DNA from: an uncultured Pelagibacteraceae bacterium | GTDB taxonomy: Bacteria; Pseudomonadota; Alphaproteobacteria; Pelagibacterales; Pelagibacteraceae | Assembly (NCBI GenBank): GCA_902598595.1 | Contig: CACKCD010000001.1 | Location: forward strand, 1 to 60,296 | Reading direction: 5' to 3' | DNA length: 60,296 bases | Part shown: in pieces, positions 18,571 through 29,816 of the stretch | Numbering within the stretch: position 1 is the stretch's first letter | Layout: each line of letters begins with the position of its first letter | Program-made: the position numbers and the translations under genes | Notes under the pieces: generated by a model | What the model was told of the DNA's origin: nothing | The model's database searches: none | The model's input: the letters and a program-made list of their open reading frames with translations, nothing else

Positions 18571-18894
18571 ATGAGTATTTTTGAAAAAAAAGAAAAAAAT
18601 TTAAACGAGCTGATTAATAAATTAGATGTCTTAACTTCAACTTATTCACAGTCATCGTATGAGATAGAAAAAATAAAAACTGAGAAGAATGAAATACTTA
18701 GGCAAAAATCAGGTATTGAAAAAAAAAATCAAGAATTAATTAGAGAACACAAATATTTAAAAGAAAAAATAGACAGCCTAAAAAGAGAGGTTAGCAAACA
18801 ATCAGCTATAGAGGATAAATTTAATCAAGATATTGAAGAACTAAGTCAAGAAACAGAAAATTTAGTAAATGAAATTGAAAAATGGCAAACATAA
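18571..18894 (+). CDS. Coiled-coil protein upstream of zapA (ZapB/ZauP-like)
   Basis: Heptad-rich 107 aa; conserved position between tkt and zapA. Confidence 0.6.
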   Translation: MSIFEKKEKNLNELINKLDVLTSTYSQSSYEIEKIKTEKNEILRQKSGIEKKNQELIREHKYLKEKIDSLKREVSKQSAIEDKFNQDIEELSQETENLVNEIEKWQT

Positions 18895-19328
18895 ATATAA
18901 AATTTAATAATAAAGATTATCTTTTATCTTGTGATGATGGACAAGAAGAATCACTGAAAAAGTTAACTAAATATTTAGATAAAAAATATAGTGAGCTAAA
19001 AGATAAACTAGGTAATATAGGTGAGAATAAGCTCCTATTGATTACGACAATACAATTAATTGATGAATATTTTGATTTAAAACAAAGAGTTACACTTCAA
19101 AAGAAAAAAATAGACGACCTTGCAGACAAATTTAAAGAATTAAAAAGACTAGCGATTAAATACAAAGAGGGAAAAGATACAGAAATAGGATTGCTTAATG
19201 ATGAGCTCGATAAATTCAAAAAAACAGTAGATGAGAGCAATAATCTATACGAGAGCATGCTAGATAAAACAACTAAGTCCTTAGAAAAAATATTGTTAAA
19301 CACTGAATCAATATCTAAAATTCAGTAA
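18882..19328 (+). CDS. zapA: Cell division protein ZapA
   Basis: NNKDYLLSCDDGQEESLKKL and GENKLL. Confidence 0.88.
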   Translation: MANINIKFNNKDYLLSCDDGQEESLKKLTKYLDKKYSELKDKLGNIGENKLLLITTIQLIDEYFDLKQRVTLQKKKIDDLADKFKELKRLAIKYKEGKDTEIGLLNDELDKFKKTVDESNNLYESMLDKTTKSLEKILLNTESISKIQ

Positions 19329-19883
19329 ATGCCAAATAAGGATAATTTAAGAAAAAAATATTTTTTAATTAGAAAAAAGAAATATTACAATGTTAAAGCT
19401 AGTTTTTTTGAACCTTTAATCAAATTAATTAATAAAGAATTTAAAAAAAAACTTATTTCAATGTCAAGTTACTATCCAGCTTCTTATGAGGTAAATACTA
19501 TTAGATTATTTGAAACAAACATTATTAGCAAGGTAAAGATATCTCTTCCAGTCATAGTGAATAATAACGAGATGTATTTTCACGAATGGAAAAAAAATGA
19601 TGTTTTAAAAATAAATAGATTTGGAATGTTAGAACCTGTTTTGTTGTCTAAACGTATTGTTCCGGACGTGATGCTAGTTCCTTTACTCGCGTTCGACAGT
19701 CAAAATAATAGACTAGGTTACGGAGGAGGATTTTATGACAGATATCTTAACAAATATTTAAAAAGACATAATAATATTTTGACAATAGGCATTGCTTTTT
19801 CATTTCAAAAACACCATAAGATTCCAGTGTTAAATAATGATGTAAAATTAAATTATATTTTGACTGAGAAAGGTATCAACTAA
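19329..19883 (+). CDS. ygfA: 5-formyltetrahydrofolate cyclo-ligase
   Basis: VPLLAFD and RLGYGGGFYDR. Confidence 0.95.
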   Translation: MPNKDNLRKKYFLIRKKKYYNVKASFFEPLIKLINKEFKKKLISMSSYYPASYEVNTIRLFETNIISKVKISLPVIVNNNEMYFHEWKKNDVLKINRFGMLEPVLLSKRIVPDVMLVPLLAFDSQNNRLGYGGGFYDRYLNKYLKRHNNILTIGIAFSFQKHHKIPVLNNDVKLNYILTEKGIN

Positions 19884-20689
19884 TGAAGATACTTATTTTA
19901 GGGGATGTAATGGGTGCCTCAGGCAGAAAAGCGATTAAAAAAAATCTTTCTAAAATTATTAATGATAAAGAAATAGATTTTACCATTATTAATGGAGAAA
20001 ACTCTGCTGACTCTGGAAGAGGTATTACTAGATCAATCGCGGAGGAGTTTTTTTTGCAAGGAGCTGATGTTATAACTTCTGGAAACCATATTTGGGATCA
20101 AAAAGAAACTACTGATTTTATAAACGAAGAAAATAGACTTCTTAGGCCAGCCAATTTTCCAAATGATTCACCTGGACAAGGTTACGGAATATTTCATACC
20201 AAGGATCAAAAATTTAAAGTCGGAGTTATAAATCTAATGGGGAATGTTTTTATGAAAAAGACCGAGGATGTTTTTAAAACAGCAAAAAAAATTAAAGATA
20301 AAATTATTCTAAAAAAAAACGTTGATTTTATTGTAGTTGATTTTCACGGTGAAATAACAAGTGAAAAAATGGCCATCGGTCATTTTTTTGACGGCTCATC
20401 AACAGGAGTAGTTGGGACACATACTCATGTGCCTACTGCGGATACTAGAATTTTAGAGAAGGGAACAGCTTATCAGACAGATATTGGGATGTGCGGAGAT
20501 TATAATTCTGTGATTGGCATGAATAAAGAAAATTCCTTAAAGCGTTTTTTTAAAGAAAAAGAATCAACCACTCATTTTCCTGCTGAAGGAGAAGCTACAT
20601 TGTCAGGAATAATTATTGAAGGTGATCATAAAACAGGTTTAGCAAGAAAAATAACAAGATTAATTGAAGGCGGGAGTTTAATTAAATAA
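19883..20689 (+). CDS. ymdB: YmdB-family metallophosphoesterase
   Basis: GDVMG, NGEN, GNHIWD, DFHGEITSEK and GTHTHV. Confidence 0.93.
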   Translation: MKILILGDVMGASGRKAIKKNLSKIINDKEIDFTIINGENSADSGRGITRSIAEEFFLQGADVITSGNHIWDQKETTDFINEENRLLRPANFPNDSPGQGYGIFHTKDQKFKVGVINLMGNVFMKKTEDVFKTAKKIKDKIILKKNVDFIVVDFHGEITSEKMAIGHFFDGSSTGVVGTHTHVPTADTRILEKGTAYQTDIGMCGDYNSVIGMNKENSLKRFFKEKESTTHFPAEGEATLSGIIIEGDHKTGLARKITRLIEGGSLIK

Positions 20690-20691
20690 AT

Positions 20692-21423
20692 ATGGCAGGT
20701 CATTCACATTGGGCTGGAATAAAACATAAAAAAGGTCGTGCAGATAAAGAAAGATCAAAAATTTTTTCTAAACTTTCCAGGGAAATTACAGTAGCTGCTA
20801 AACTTGGAGATAAAGATCCGGATATGAATCCACGACTAAGAACTGCAATTCAAGCTGCGAAGCAAGCCAATATGCCAAAGGACAATATCGCTAGATCAAT
20901 AAGTAAATCTGAAATATCAGGTGATAAAAATTATGACAATTTAAGGTACGAAGGCTTCGGACCTTTTAACGTTGCTATAATAATAGAAACTTTAACTGAT
21001 AACAAAAATAGATCAGCATCAAGTATAAGAACTGTTTTACAAAAAAATGGTGGAAGATTGGGAGAAACAGGATCAACTACTCATTTATTTTATAATTGTG
21101 GAATCATTCATATAGATAATAAAAAAATTGGAGAAGAAGAAATATTTGAAATAGCTTCAAATTCTGGAGCTAAAGATTGTTTTAATTTAAACAATTATCA
21201 TGAAATAATATCTGAAAAAGAGGATTTTTATAAAGTAAAAAGTGAATTTGAAAAGAAATTAAGTGACTTTGAATATTCTGGAATAGAATGGAGGCCTCTT
21301 AATTATTTAGATTTAAAGAAAGATCAAAAAGAAAAAATTGTAGATATAATAAATTCTCTTGTAGAATTAGACGATGTTCAAAATGTTTTTACAAATGCTA
21401 ATTTAGGGAACATTAAACTATGA
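20692..21423 (+). CDS. yebC: YebC/PmpR family protein
   Basis: MAGHSHWAGIKHKK, YEGFGP and LTDNKNR. Confidence 0.96.
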   Translation: MAGHSHWAGIKHKKGRADKERSKIFSKLSREITVAAKLGDKDPDMNPRLRTAIQAAKQANMPKDNIARSISKSEISGDKNYDNLRYEGFGPFNVAIIIETLTDNKNRSASSIRTVLQKNGGRLGETGSTTHLFYNCGIIHIDNKKIGEEEIFEIASNSGAKDCFNLNNYHEIISEKEDFYKVKSEFEKKLSDFEYSGIEWRPLNYLDLKKDQKEKIVDIINSLVELDDVQNVFTNANLGNIKL

Positions 21424-21911
21424 AAATTATAGGAATTGACCCTGGTTTAAGTGGAGCCATCGCTATTTTGGAGAATAATAAAGTTCTAAATATTTTTGAT
21501 ATTCCCGTAATGTCAGAGGGAAAAAAAAATAAAAGACAACTTAATAGTGCTCAATTAGTAAAATTATTAAAAGATAATATTTCAAAAAATGAAGAGGTAT
21601 CAGTAGTAGTCGAACAAGTGAATGCAATGCCTGGACAAGGAGTTACAAGCATGTTTAATTTTGGTCAAACTTTTGGAGCAATAAAAGGAGTATGTGCGGC
21701 TTTAGAATTACCAATTTTTTTTGTTAGACCTTCCAAATGGAAAAAACACTTCGAATTGATTAATTCCTCAAAGGATTCTAGTAGAACTAAAGCTATAGAA
21801 ATGTATCCTTCTTTGTCAGACGATCTATCAAAAAAAAAAGATGTAAACAAATCAGACGCTATTCTAATAGCAAGGTTCTTTAGTGAGACTAGATTAAATA
21901 AAGGTAATTAA
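21420..21911 (+). CDS. RuvC-fold Holliday junction resolvase, MOC1/phage-like subtype
   Basis: IGIDPG, VEQV, PGQGVTSMFNFG, VRPSKWKK and SDAILIA; sits at the ruvC position. Confidence 0.82.
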   Translation: MKIIGIDPGLSGAIAILENNKVLNIFDIPVMSEGKKNKRQLNSAQLVKLLKDNISKNEEVSVVVEQVNAMPGQGVTSMFNFGQTFGAIKGVCAALELPIFFVRPSKWKKHFELINSSKDSSRTKAIEMYPSLSDDLSKKKDVNKSDAILIARFFSETRLNKGN

Positions 21912-21980
21912 ATAAACTTATCGTATATTTAATTTTAAAAGCGCCAAATTCATGACACATTCTAAAAGTAATTAAATTTA

Positions 21981-22661
21981 ATGGAACAAGAAATAGCAGC
22001 TCAAGTTGTTGGTTTAGGTGGTAGTTCAGATTTTTCATTGTGGAAATTATTTGTACGGGCTGATTTTGTTGTCAAATTTGTAATTATTTTATTAATCGCC
22101 AGCTCTATATTTTCATGGGCCTTAATATTTGATAAATTTAAACTATTTAAGAGCATTAATGCTTCTACCGAAGATTTTGAAAAAAAATTTTGGAAAGCAA
22201 AATCTGCAGAAAGTTTTAATAACAATCTTCCATCTACCTCTAAAGATCCAGCAACAATAATTTTTAAAACTGCAATGAATGAAGTTATGAAAACAAAAAG
22301 ACAATCATCTTCAGTTCAAGCAGCAAGAGTCGAAAGAATTTTGGAGATTGCTACGGACACTGAAATTAAAAAGATAGAAAAAAATTTTACTTATCTCGCA
22401 ACAATTGGTTCAACCGCGCCCTTTATTGGATTATTCGGAACGGTTTGGGGTATTATGAATTCTTTTCAATCAATTGCGATTTCTAGAAATACTAGTTTAG
22501 CAATAGTAGCTCCTGGTATTGCCGAAGCTTTATTTGCAACAGCTCTGGGTTTATTAGCTGCAATTCCTGCAGTTGTTGCTTACAATAAATTCAATAGTGA
22601 CTCAAAAAGATATATTTCAAAAATAGATAATTTTTCAAAAAGATTTTTATCAATTATATAA
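21981..22661 (+). CDS. tolQ: TolQ
   Basis: APFIGLFGTVWGIM and VAPGIAEALFATA. Confidence 0.96.
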   Translation: MEQEIAAQVVGLGGSSDFSLWKLFVRADFVVKFVIILLIASSIFSWALIFDKFKLFKSINASTEDFEKKFWKAKSAESFNNNLPSTSKDPATIIFKTAMNEVMKTKRQSSSVQAARVERILEIATDTEIKKIEKNFTYLATIGSTAPFIGLFGTVWGIMNSFQSIAISRNTSLAIVAPGIAEALFATALGLLAAIPAVVAYNKFNSDSKRYISKIDNFSKRFLSII

Positions 22662-22664
22662 AAA

Positions 22665-23078
22665 ATGGCTTTTAAATTTAATCGCTCAAGAAACGAACCT
22701 ATGAGTGAAATTAACGTTACTCCGTTTGTAGATGTAATGCTAGTTCTATTAATTATTTTTATGGTAACAGCTCCTCTATTAACAGTAGGAGTACAAGTAG
22801 ACTTACCCGAGTCAGCAGCAGACTCTTTACCTGATGATCAAGAACCTTTAACAATTTCTATAAATTCAAAAGGTGAAATTTATATTCAAGAACATAAAGT
22901 TAATTATCAAAAAATTGTCCCAAAGCTTTTAGCTATTGCTAAGAATAGAACAGATACAAGAATTTATGTTCGAGGCGATAAAACAATCAATTATGGCAGA
23001 GTTTTAGAAGTTATGGGAACATTGTCTGGTGCAGGTTTTTCAAAAGTAGCTTTAATATCTGAACCATACAAAAATTAA
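22665..23078 (+). CDS. tolR: TolR
   Basis: EINVTPFVDVMLVLLIIFMVTAP. Confidence 0.96.
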   Translation: MAFKFNRSRNEPMSEINVTPFVDVMLVLLIIFMVTAPLLTVGVQVDLPESAADSLPDDQEPLTISINSKGEIYIQEHKVNYQKIVPKLLAIAKNRTDTRIYVRGDKTINYGRVLEVMGTLSGAGFSKVALISEPYKN

Positions 23079-23085
23079 ATGAAAA

Positions 23086-23892
23086 ATGACAAAAAGTTTA
23101 ATTTATTCTCTTATTTTTCACTCGGTAATGATTTTGTTAACCGTTTTAACTTTACCGTTCATGATTAGAGAGCCAATAGACTTACCTCCAATTGTTTCAG
23201 TTGAGTTAATTCAAATATCGGATAAAACAAACATTCCTTTCGCTCCAAAAGCTAGAAAAATTATTGAAGAAACTAAAAAAAAAGAGGAGAGAGTGGTTTC
23301 CGAGCAAGCTCCACCAGCTGCTAAAGCAAAAGAAAAACCAGATAGAATTCCCCTTCCTGATGAAAAAAAGGAAAAAAAACAAATAGTTAAAAAAAAACAA
23401 AATCCAGAAGAAATAGAACCTCAGATAAGACAGTCTTCTGAGTTTGAAAAAAAAGAAATTATAGACACTAATCAAATAGCAGCTTTAATTGATAAAGCTA
23501 AGGAAGAGGAAGCTATAAAAAAAAATAAAATAGACAAATTAACACAAAGTAGTGTTAAGAATTCTTTTGCTACAGGTTTATCTTTATCAGAAGAGGATGC
23601 TCTTAGAGCTCAGATATTTGGTTGTTGGAGTGTACCTATTGGTTTACCTTATGATGAAGATTTGTTAGTTAGAATTAAACTAAAATTAAAACAAGATGGA
23701 ACAATTATGAAATCTGAAATTTTAGATCATCAAAGAATGAATAGACCTGGACAAAAATTCTATAAAGTACTAGCCGAAAGCGCCTTAAGAGCTGTTAGAT
23801 TATGTCAACCCCTTAAGGTTCCACCGACTGGATACGAAAAATGGAAAGATATACAATTAAATTTTAATCCAGCAGAAATGTTAAAAGGGTGA
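23086..23892 (+). CDS. tolA: TolA
   Basis: N-terminal TM with His, K/E/P-rich linker, TonB-like C-terminal domain; synteny. Confidence 0.88.
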   Translation: MTKSLIYSLIFHSVMILLTVLTLPFMIREPIDLPPIVSVELIQISDKTNIPFAPKARKIIEETKKKEERVVSEQAPPAAKAKEKPDRIPLPDEKKEKKQIVKKKQNPEEIEPQIRQSSEFEKKEIIDTNQIAALIDKAKEEEAIKKNKIDKLTQSSVKNSFATGLSLSEEDALRAQIFGCWSVPIGLPYDEDLLVRIKLKLKQDGTIMKSEILDHQRMNRPGQKFYKVLAESALRAVRLCQPLKVPPTGYEKWKDIQLNFNPAEMLKG

Positions 23893-23893
23893 T

Positions 23894-25231
23894 ATGAAAA
23901 AAATATTCTTATCTTTAATCATATATTTTATCTCTTTAAGTTCTTCTTACTCATTAATAGAAGTTGATATTACCAGAGGAAATTTAGACCCACTGCCAAT
24001 AGCTGTTTCACCTTTACATGTTGATATTAAATCAACAGCACATGAGGGGGTAAAAGTTAAAGACTTGGGTTCTAATATTTCATCAATTATTGAAAGAAAC
24101 TTCAAAAATACTGGACTGTTTAATCCTTTGAAGAAAGAAGCTTTTGTTCAAAAACCTGACATAGCTCATTTAAAACCTAGATTTGAAGACTGGAGATTAA
24201 TTAAGGCACAAGCACTAGTAACAGGAAAAATATTGGTCAAAGATGGAAAATTAAAAGTAGAATTTAGACTTTGGGATTTAACCGCAGCTAAAGAAATGAC
24301 AGCTTTAGCTTTTACTACAACACCTTCTAATTGGAGAAGAGTTGCTCATATAATATCTGATAAAATCTATGAACGTTTAACTGGAGAAGAGGGATATTTT
24401 GATACAAGAATTATATACGTTGCTGAAAGCGGCCCTAAAGATCAAAGAGTAAAAAAATTAGGAATTATGGATCAAGATGGAGCGAATACAAAATATTTAA
24501 CTCTTGGAAATGAACTTGTGTTAACTCCAAGATTTAATCCCACCAATCAAATGGTTACTTATCTTTCTTATTTTAGAAATATGCCAAGAGTTTATTTGCT
24601 TGATATAGAAACTGGCGTTCAGGAGGTCGTGGGAAATTTTCCTGGCATGACATTTGCCCCTAGATTTTCTCCAGATGGAAAGAAAATTATAATGAGTTTT
24701 GCTGAGGACGGTAATTCAGATATTTATACTATGGATTTGGAAACTAGAGTAGTTGAGAGAATAACGAACCATTCTTCAATTGACACATCTCCTTCCTTTT
24801 CACCAGATGGAAAATATATTGTTTTCAATTCTGACCGAAGTGGTTTGCAGCAAATTTATGTTATGAGAAGTGATGGCAGTAGTGTAAAAAGAATAACCTT
24901 TGGTAAAGGAATTTATGGAACACCAGTTTGGTCTCCTAGAGGAGACTTAATCGCTTTTACAAAAGTTAGAAAAGGAAGATTTTATATTGGAGTAATGAGA
25001 ACAGATGGTTCGGGTGAAAGATTGTTAACTGAAAATTTTTATCAAGAGGCTCCTTCCTGGTCTCCTAATGGAAGAGTTTTAGTATTTTATAGAGAGACTA
25101 AAGCTGGAGCTAAAGGAGAAGGTTTTTCAGCTTCACTTTGGTCAATAGATATAACAGGCTATAATGAAAGAAAACTAACCACAAAAACTGATGCTTCTGA
25201 CCCATCTTGGTCCTCATTATTATCAAAGTGA
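23894..25231 (+). CDS. tolB: TolB
   Basis: Signal peptide, GYFDTRI and PD40 repeats (FSPDG, WSPRG). Confidence 0.96.
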   Translation: MKKIFLSLIIYFISLSSSYSLIEVDITRGNLDPLPIAVSPLHVDIKSTAHEGVKVKDLGSNISSIIERNFKNTGLFNPLKKEAFVQKPDIAHLKPRFEDWRLIKAQALVTGKILVKDGKLKVEFRLWDLTAAKEMTALAFTTTPSNWRRVAHIISDKIYERLTGEEGYFDTRIIYVAESGPKDQRVKKLGIMDQDGANTKYLTLGNELVLTPRFNPTNQMVTYLSYFRNMPRVYLLDIETGVQEVVGNFPGMTFAPRFSPDGKKIIMSFAEDGNSDIYTMDLETRVVERITNHSSIDTSPSFSPDGKYIVFNSDRSGLQQIYVMRSDGSSVKRITFGKGIYGTPVWSPRGDLIAFTKVRKGRFYIGVMRTDGSGERLLTENFYQEAPSWSPNGRVLVFYRETKAGAKGEGFSASLWSIDITGYNERKLTTKTDASDPSWSSLLSK

Positions 25232-25308
25232 GGGTATTTTTTGTGTAATTAAAGCTTGAATAATGTTTAATAATTTGAAATATTTCAACAATCAACCCAG
25301 GGGAAAAA

Positions 25309-25785
25309 ATGACATTTAATAGGAATTTGAAAAATATATTTTTAGTAGTTTTTACAACCTTGATTCTAAGCGCGTGTTCTACGGCTAAGAAATCAGGTGA
25401 CATGGACGGGGATGTATATACTGGTAAAGAAACAGTTAAATATTTAGCCAGCGGTGTTCCAGACAGAGTATTTTTTGCTACAAACAAATCTTCTTTAACA
25501 ACTGCATCTAGAGCAACATTAAGAAAGCAAGCAACTTTTTTAAGAAAAAATAAAAAGCTTAATGTGACAATAGAAGGTCATGCTGATGAAAGAGGAACTA
25601 GAGAATACAACTTAGCTCTAGGTGAGCGAAGAGCAAACGCAGCTAGAGATTATTTAATGACTTATGGAATTTCTGGTAAAAGAATTTCTACAATTAGTTA
25701 CGGAAAAGAAAAACCAGTTAATCCTGCTTCAAGCGCTTTAGCATGGTCTCAAAATAGAAGATCAGTTACTGTAAAAGTAGATTAA
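25309..25785 (+). CDS. pal: Peptidoglycan-associated lipoprotein
   Basis: Lipobox LSAC; EGHADERGTREYNLALGERRA. Confidence 0.97.
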   Translation: MTFNRNLKNIFLVVFTTLILSACSTAKKSGDMDGDVYTGKETVKYLASGVPDRVFFATNKSSLTTASRATLRKQATFLRKNKKLNVTIEGHADERGTREYNLALGERRANAARDYLMTYGISGKRISTISYGKEKPVNPASSALAWSQNRRSVTVKVD

Positions 25786-25798
25786 TCATTTAAAATTT

Positions 25799-25839
25799 AA
25801 GACCCTTTAATAAATACACTATTAAAGGGTCTTTTTTTT
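25799..25839 (+). terminator. Intrinsic terminator after pal
   Basis: AAGACCCTTTAATA-7 nt loop-TATTAAAGGGTCTT perfect stem followed by a T-run. Confidence 0.9.
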
Positions 25840-25866
25840 GCCATTTTGTATAATTAAAGAATCATT

Positions 25867-26829
25867 ATGGATTTAATCAAAAAAAATTTTTTAATTTTTT
25901 CTTTATTTTTATTACTCACACCTTTTCTTTTAAAAGCAGAGGAAGAAGAAATTCTAATCCAAGCAGTGGCTGATCAAATTCAAGTTTTAACTAAAGATTT
26001 AAAGACTCTAGAAAAAGCTGTCTATAATAAATCCGATATTGTTGCTTCTACAAACTCCTCATCAATACAATCCGATGGACTTAACGAAGATATTTTGACT
26101 AAACATCTTTTAAAACTTAATGAAATTGAAGATCAATTTAGAGAACTTACAAATAAGTTTGAGGAAGTTAATTTTAAATTAGATAAGCTGTCTTCACGAG
26201 TGACCAAGATTCAATCAGATAATCAATTAAGATTTTCTGATCTTGAAAATTTAGATCCTGAGATTAAAAAAACTAAAACAAAAAAAAATTTACCAGGCTC
26301 TAGTCAACCTGCAGACTTTGGTGCAAATCCTGGGTATTCTGTTTCTAGTTTACCTGACAAACAAGAGACTAGTTCTATTGAAAGCGCTCAAACAGTTATT
26401 CTTGAGGAGCCTGAGAAAAAAGAATCTTTACTACCTGACAAACCTCCAAAAGAACAATATGAATTTGCTGTTAGCTTTATGAAAATAGGAGATTATGAAA
26501 CGGCTGAATTTGCTCTAAAAGAATTTATTGAAAAAAATAAGGGAGATGACTTAGCAGGCAACGCTCAATACTGGTACGGAGAAACATTTAGAATTAGACA
26601 ACTTTATTCTGATGCAGCTACGGCATATCTAGACGGCTATCAAAACTATCCTAAAAGCAAAAAGGCTCCAGACAATCTTTTAAAATTAGGTATCACTATG
26701 GTCCAATTAGGTGAAAAAGATCAAGGTTGTAAGATGATATCTGGAGTAAAAAAAGAATATCCAAAAGCAAGCAAGTCTGTGTTACAAAAAGCTCAATATG
26801 AGCAAAAAAAATTCAAATGTAATTCTTAA
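25867..26829 (+). CDS. cpoB: Cell division coordinator CpoB/YbgF
   Basis: Signal peptide, coiled coil and TPR (AQYWYGE, KAPDNLLKLG); follows pal. Confidence 0.92.
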   Translation: MDLIKKNFLIFSLFLLLTPFLLKAEEEEILIQAVADQIQVLTKDLKTLEKAVYNKSDIVASTNSSSIQSDGLNEDILTKHLLKLNEIEDQFRELTNKFEEVNFKLDKLSSRVTKIQSDNQLRFSDLENLDPEIKKTKTKKNLPGSSQPADFGANPGYSVSSLPDKQETSSIESAQTVILEEPEKKESLLPDKPPKEQYEFAVSFMKIGDYETAEFALKEFIEKNKGDDLAGNAQYWYGETFRIRQLYSDAATAYLDGYQNYPKSKKAPDNLLKLGITMVQLGEKDQGCKMISGVKKEYPKASKSVLQKAQYEQKKFKCNS

Positions 26830-27820
26830 AAATAGATTTAAAAATTACGAAGAATTATCTCATATTTATTATTCATTTAGAAAAAACATTAATCCTTTTA
26901 AAAAAAAAATTTTTTTAATTGCTGTTTCTGGCGGACCAGATAGCCTGGCTTTAACAGCTTTAGCAAAATCTTATAGCTATGAAAATAAATCTAAATTTTT
27001 TTATGTTTTAGTAGATCATAACCTTAGAAAAAACTCTTCTCGAGAAGCTCAATCAGTAAAAAAATTACTGAAAAAATACGAAATAACTCTTCAAGTTCTT
27101 AAAAATAAAAAAATAATAAAAAAGAATATTCAAAGTGAGGCTAGAAACATTCGATATAATCTTCTTACTTCTTTCTGTAAAAAGAAAAAAATAAATATGA
27201 TTATGACTGCTCATAATTTAGAAGATCAAGTAGAAACTTTCTTTATAAGACTTTCTAGAGGTAGCGGATTAGATGGATTATCCTCAATGAAAAAGATTAA
27301 TAAAATTAAGGGGGGTATTAAAATAATAAGACCTTTATTAGATTTTAAAAAAATTGAATTGATAAAAATATCAAAAATTATCTTTGGAAAATACTATAAA
27401 GATCCAACAAATAAAAATACAAAATATCTAAGAACTAGAATTAGAAACTTAAAAGAAACACTAGAGACAAGTGGCATAAATTATGATCAAGTAATTAGAT
27501 CAATTAAAAATTTAGCCTCAAGCAGAGATACACTTGATCAATATTTTAACAAAATCTATAAAAGCATTGTTACAAAAAAAAATAATGAAACTATGATCAA
27601 TCTAAAAAATTTTAACAAAATAAATCAAGAAATGAAAATGAGAGTATTGAAAAAAGCAATTAAAGACTCCTCCAAAGCTTATTATTCCACTAGATCAAAA
27701 AAAATCTTTAATTTAATAGATGGAATTAGAGCTAAGAAAAATGCCAAACTCACTCTTGGAGGATGTATTATTTCTAGGGAAAAAAATCATATAAATTTAA
27801 AGAAAGAGATTAAAAATTAG
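26798..27820 (+). CDS. tilS: tRNA(Ile) lysidine synthetase
   Basis: AVSGGPDS, AHNLEDQVET and IRPLL. Confidence 0.95.
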   Translation: MSKKNSNVILKNRFKNYEELSHIYYSFRKNINPFKKKIFLIAVSGGPDSLALTALAKSYSYENKSKFFYVLVDHNLRKNSSREAQSVKKLLKKYEITLQVLKNKKIIKKNIQSEARNIRYNLLTSFCKKKKINMIMTAHNLEDQVETFFIRLSRGSGLDGLSSMKKINKIKGGIKIIRPLLDFKKIELIKISKIIFGKYYKDPTNKNTKYLRTRIRNLKETLETSGINYDQVIRSIKNLASSRDTLDQYFNKIYKSIVTKKNNETMINLKNFNKINQEMKMRVLKKAIKDSSKAYYSTRSKKIFNLIDGIRAKKNAKLTLGGCIISREKNHINLKKEIKN

Positions 27821-27918
27821 GAATTTTAATGAATGTGATATAATTTGTCTTATTTACAACTCAATTGTCTTTAAAATAGACTTGTCAAATAAGAAATAAT
27901 GCTTATTTAAAACTATAT

Positions 27919-29811
27919 ATGAATCTTAAAAATTTAATAATGTGGGGAATTATTGTCTTACTTTCAGTAGGGCTATTTAACATGTTTCAAGATCCCAAAA
28001 AGATCAATTCTGAAAAAAATAAACTTCCCTTTTCAAGCTTTATGAGTGAAGTAGATGCAGGAAGGGTAGTTGAGGTACAAATTCAAGGTAACAATATTTC
28101 TGGTGTCTTGGCTGATGGAAAAACTTTTAATACATACTCTCCAAATTATCCAAACCTAGTAGAAAAATTATCTGAACAAAATATAAGCATAATAGCTACT
28201 CCGCTCGAAGATAAAATGCCTTCACTTTTAGGAATATTACTATCTTGGTTTCCAATGCTATTACTAATCGGAGTTTGGATTTTCTTTATGCGTCAGATGC
28301 AAGGAGGAAAAGGTGGAGCTATGGGTTTTGGTAGGTCTAAAGCAAAACTTTTAAATGAAGCTCAAGGAAAAGTAACTTTTAATGATGTTGCAGGAGTTGA
28401 AGAAGCAAAAGAAGAAGTCGAAGAGATTGTTGAGTTTTTAAAAGACCCAAAAAAATTTAGTAGATTAGGAGGAAAAATTCCTAAAGGAGCTTTATTAATT
28501 GGTCCTCCAGGAACAGGAAAAACTTTATTAGCTAAGGCTATTGCGGGAGAAGCAAACGTACCCTTTTTTTCAATATCTGGATCAGACTTTGTTGAGATGT
28601 TTGTTGGAGTAGGTGCATCAAGAGTTAGAGATATGTTCGAACAAGGAAAAAAACATTCTCCATGTATAATCTTTATTGATGAGATTGATGCAGTAGGAAG
28701 AAGTAGAGGAGCTGGTCTAGGTGGAGGTAATGATGAAAGAGAACAGACGCTGAACCAACTTTTAGTAGAGATGGATGGTTTCGATACTAACGAAGGAATA
28801 ATTTTGATTGCAGCAACAAACAGACCAGATGTTTTAGATCCCGCTTTATTAAGGCCTGGTAGATTTGATAGACAAGTGGTTGTTTCAAATCCAGATATCA
28901 TTGGAAGAGAAGCGATTTTAAAAGTACATGTCAAAAAAATAAGTACTGGACCAGATGTAAAATTAAGAACTATTGCTAGGGGTACCCCTGGTTTCTCTGG
29001 TGCAGATTTAGCAAATTTAATTAACGAGTCTGCTTTATTAGCAGCAAGAAAAAATAAAAGAGTAGTTACCATGTCTGATGTAGAGGAAGCAAAAGATAAA
29101 GTCATGATGGGCGCAGAAAGAAGATCTATGGTGATGTCTGAGGATGAAAAAAGATTAACTGCTTATCATGAAGGCGGGCATGCTATTGTAGCATTGAATG
29201 AAAAGGCATCAGACCCAATACATAAAGCAACAATTATACCTAGAGGTAGAGCTTTAGGTATGGTTATGAGGTTGCCAGAAAGAGATCAACTTTCTGTAAC
29301 GCGTGAAAAGATGCATTCAGATATAGCAGTAGCAATGGGAGGAAGAATTGCAGAAGAAATTATTTTTGGTCACGATAAAGTTACTTCCGGTGCCTCATCA
29401 GATATTGATATGGTTACAAAGATGGCTAAAAACATGGTAACAAAGTATGGAATGAGCAAAGAGTTAGGTACAATTGCTTATGGGGAAAATGAGGAAGAAG
29501 TATTCTTAGGAAGATCAGTTACAAAACAACAAAACATGTCTGAAGAAACTGCCAAAAAAGTGGATGAAGAAGTCAAAAAAATTGTAGATAAAGGGTATGA
29601 AAGAGCTAGAAAAGTTTTAACTGAAAAAATCGATGATCTTCACAAGCTTGCTAAAGCACTTCTAATTTATGAGACTTTGTCAGGAGATGAAATTAGGGAT
29701 TTGATACTTAAAGATATCAAGCCATCTAGATCGTTTAAAGAAGATGATGAGGGTGATGGTAAAACCTCAGCTCTTGGTTCATTAGGTTTAAAGCCAAAAC
29801 CTGCAATTTAA
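27919..29811 (+). CDS. ftsH: ATP-dependent zinc metalloprotease FtsH
   Basis: [24 protein letters not shown] and HEGGH. Confidence 0.98.
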   Translation: MNLKNLIMWGIIVLLSVGLFNMFQDPKKINSEKNKLPFSSFMSEVDAGRVVEVQIQGNNISGVLADGKTFNTYSPNYPNLVEKLSEQNISIIATPLEDKMPSLLGILLSWFPMLLLIGVWIFFMRQMQGGKGGAMGFGRSKAKLLNEAQGKVTFNDVAGVEEAKEEVEEIVEFLKDPKKFSRLGGKIPKGALLIGPPGTGKTLLAKAIAGEANVPFFSISGSDFVEMFVGVGASRVRDMFEQGKKHSPCIIFIDEIDAVGRSRGAGLGGGNDEREQTLNQLLVEMDGFDTNEGIILIAATNRPDVLDPALLRPGRFDRQVVVSNPDIIGREAILKVHVKKISTGPDVKLRTIARGTPGFSGADLANLINESALLAARKNKRVVTMSDVEEAKDKVMMGAERRSMVMSEDEKRLTAYHEGGHAIVALNEKASDPIHKATIIPRGRALGMVMRLPERDQLSVTREKMHSDIAVAMGGRIAEEIIFGHDKVTSGASSDIDMVTKMAKNMVTKYGMSKELGTIAYGENEEEVFLGRSVTKQQNMSEETAKKVDEEVKKIVDKGYERARKVLTEKIDDLHKLAKALLIYETLSGDEIRDLILKDIKPSRSFKEDDEGDGKTSALGSLGLKPKPAI

Positions 29812-29816
29812 AAACC

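Noticed and set aside
25110-25487. 125-aa minus-strand ORF spanning tolB/pal
   Set aside because: It overlaps two well-supported genes on the opposite strand
28362-29105. 247-aa ORF antisense to ftsH
   Set aside because: Codon-register mirror of a conserved gene with S/T/P-rich composition; the same applies to the antisense ORFs in pnt, typA, tkt, folP, dxs, ppdK and others
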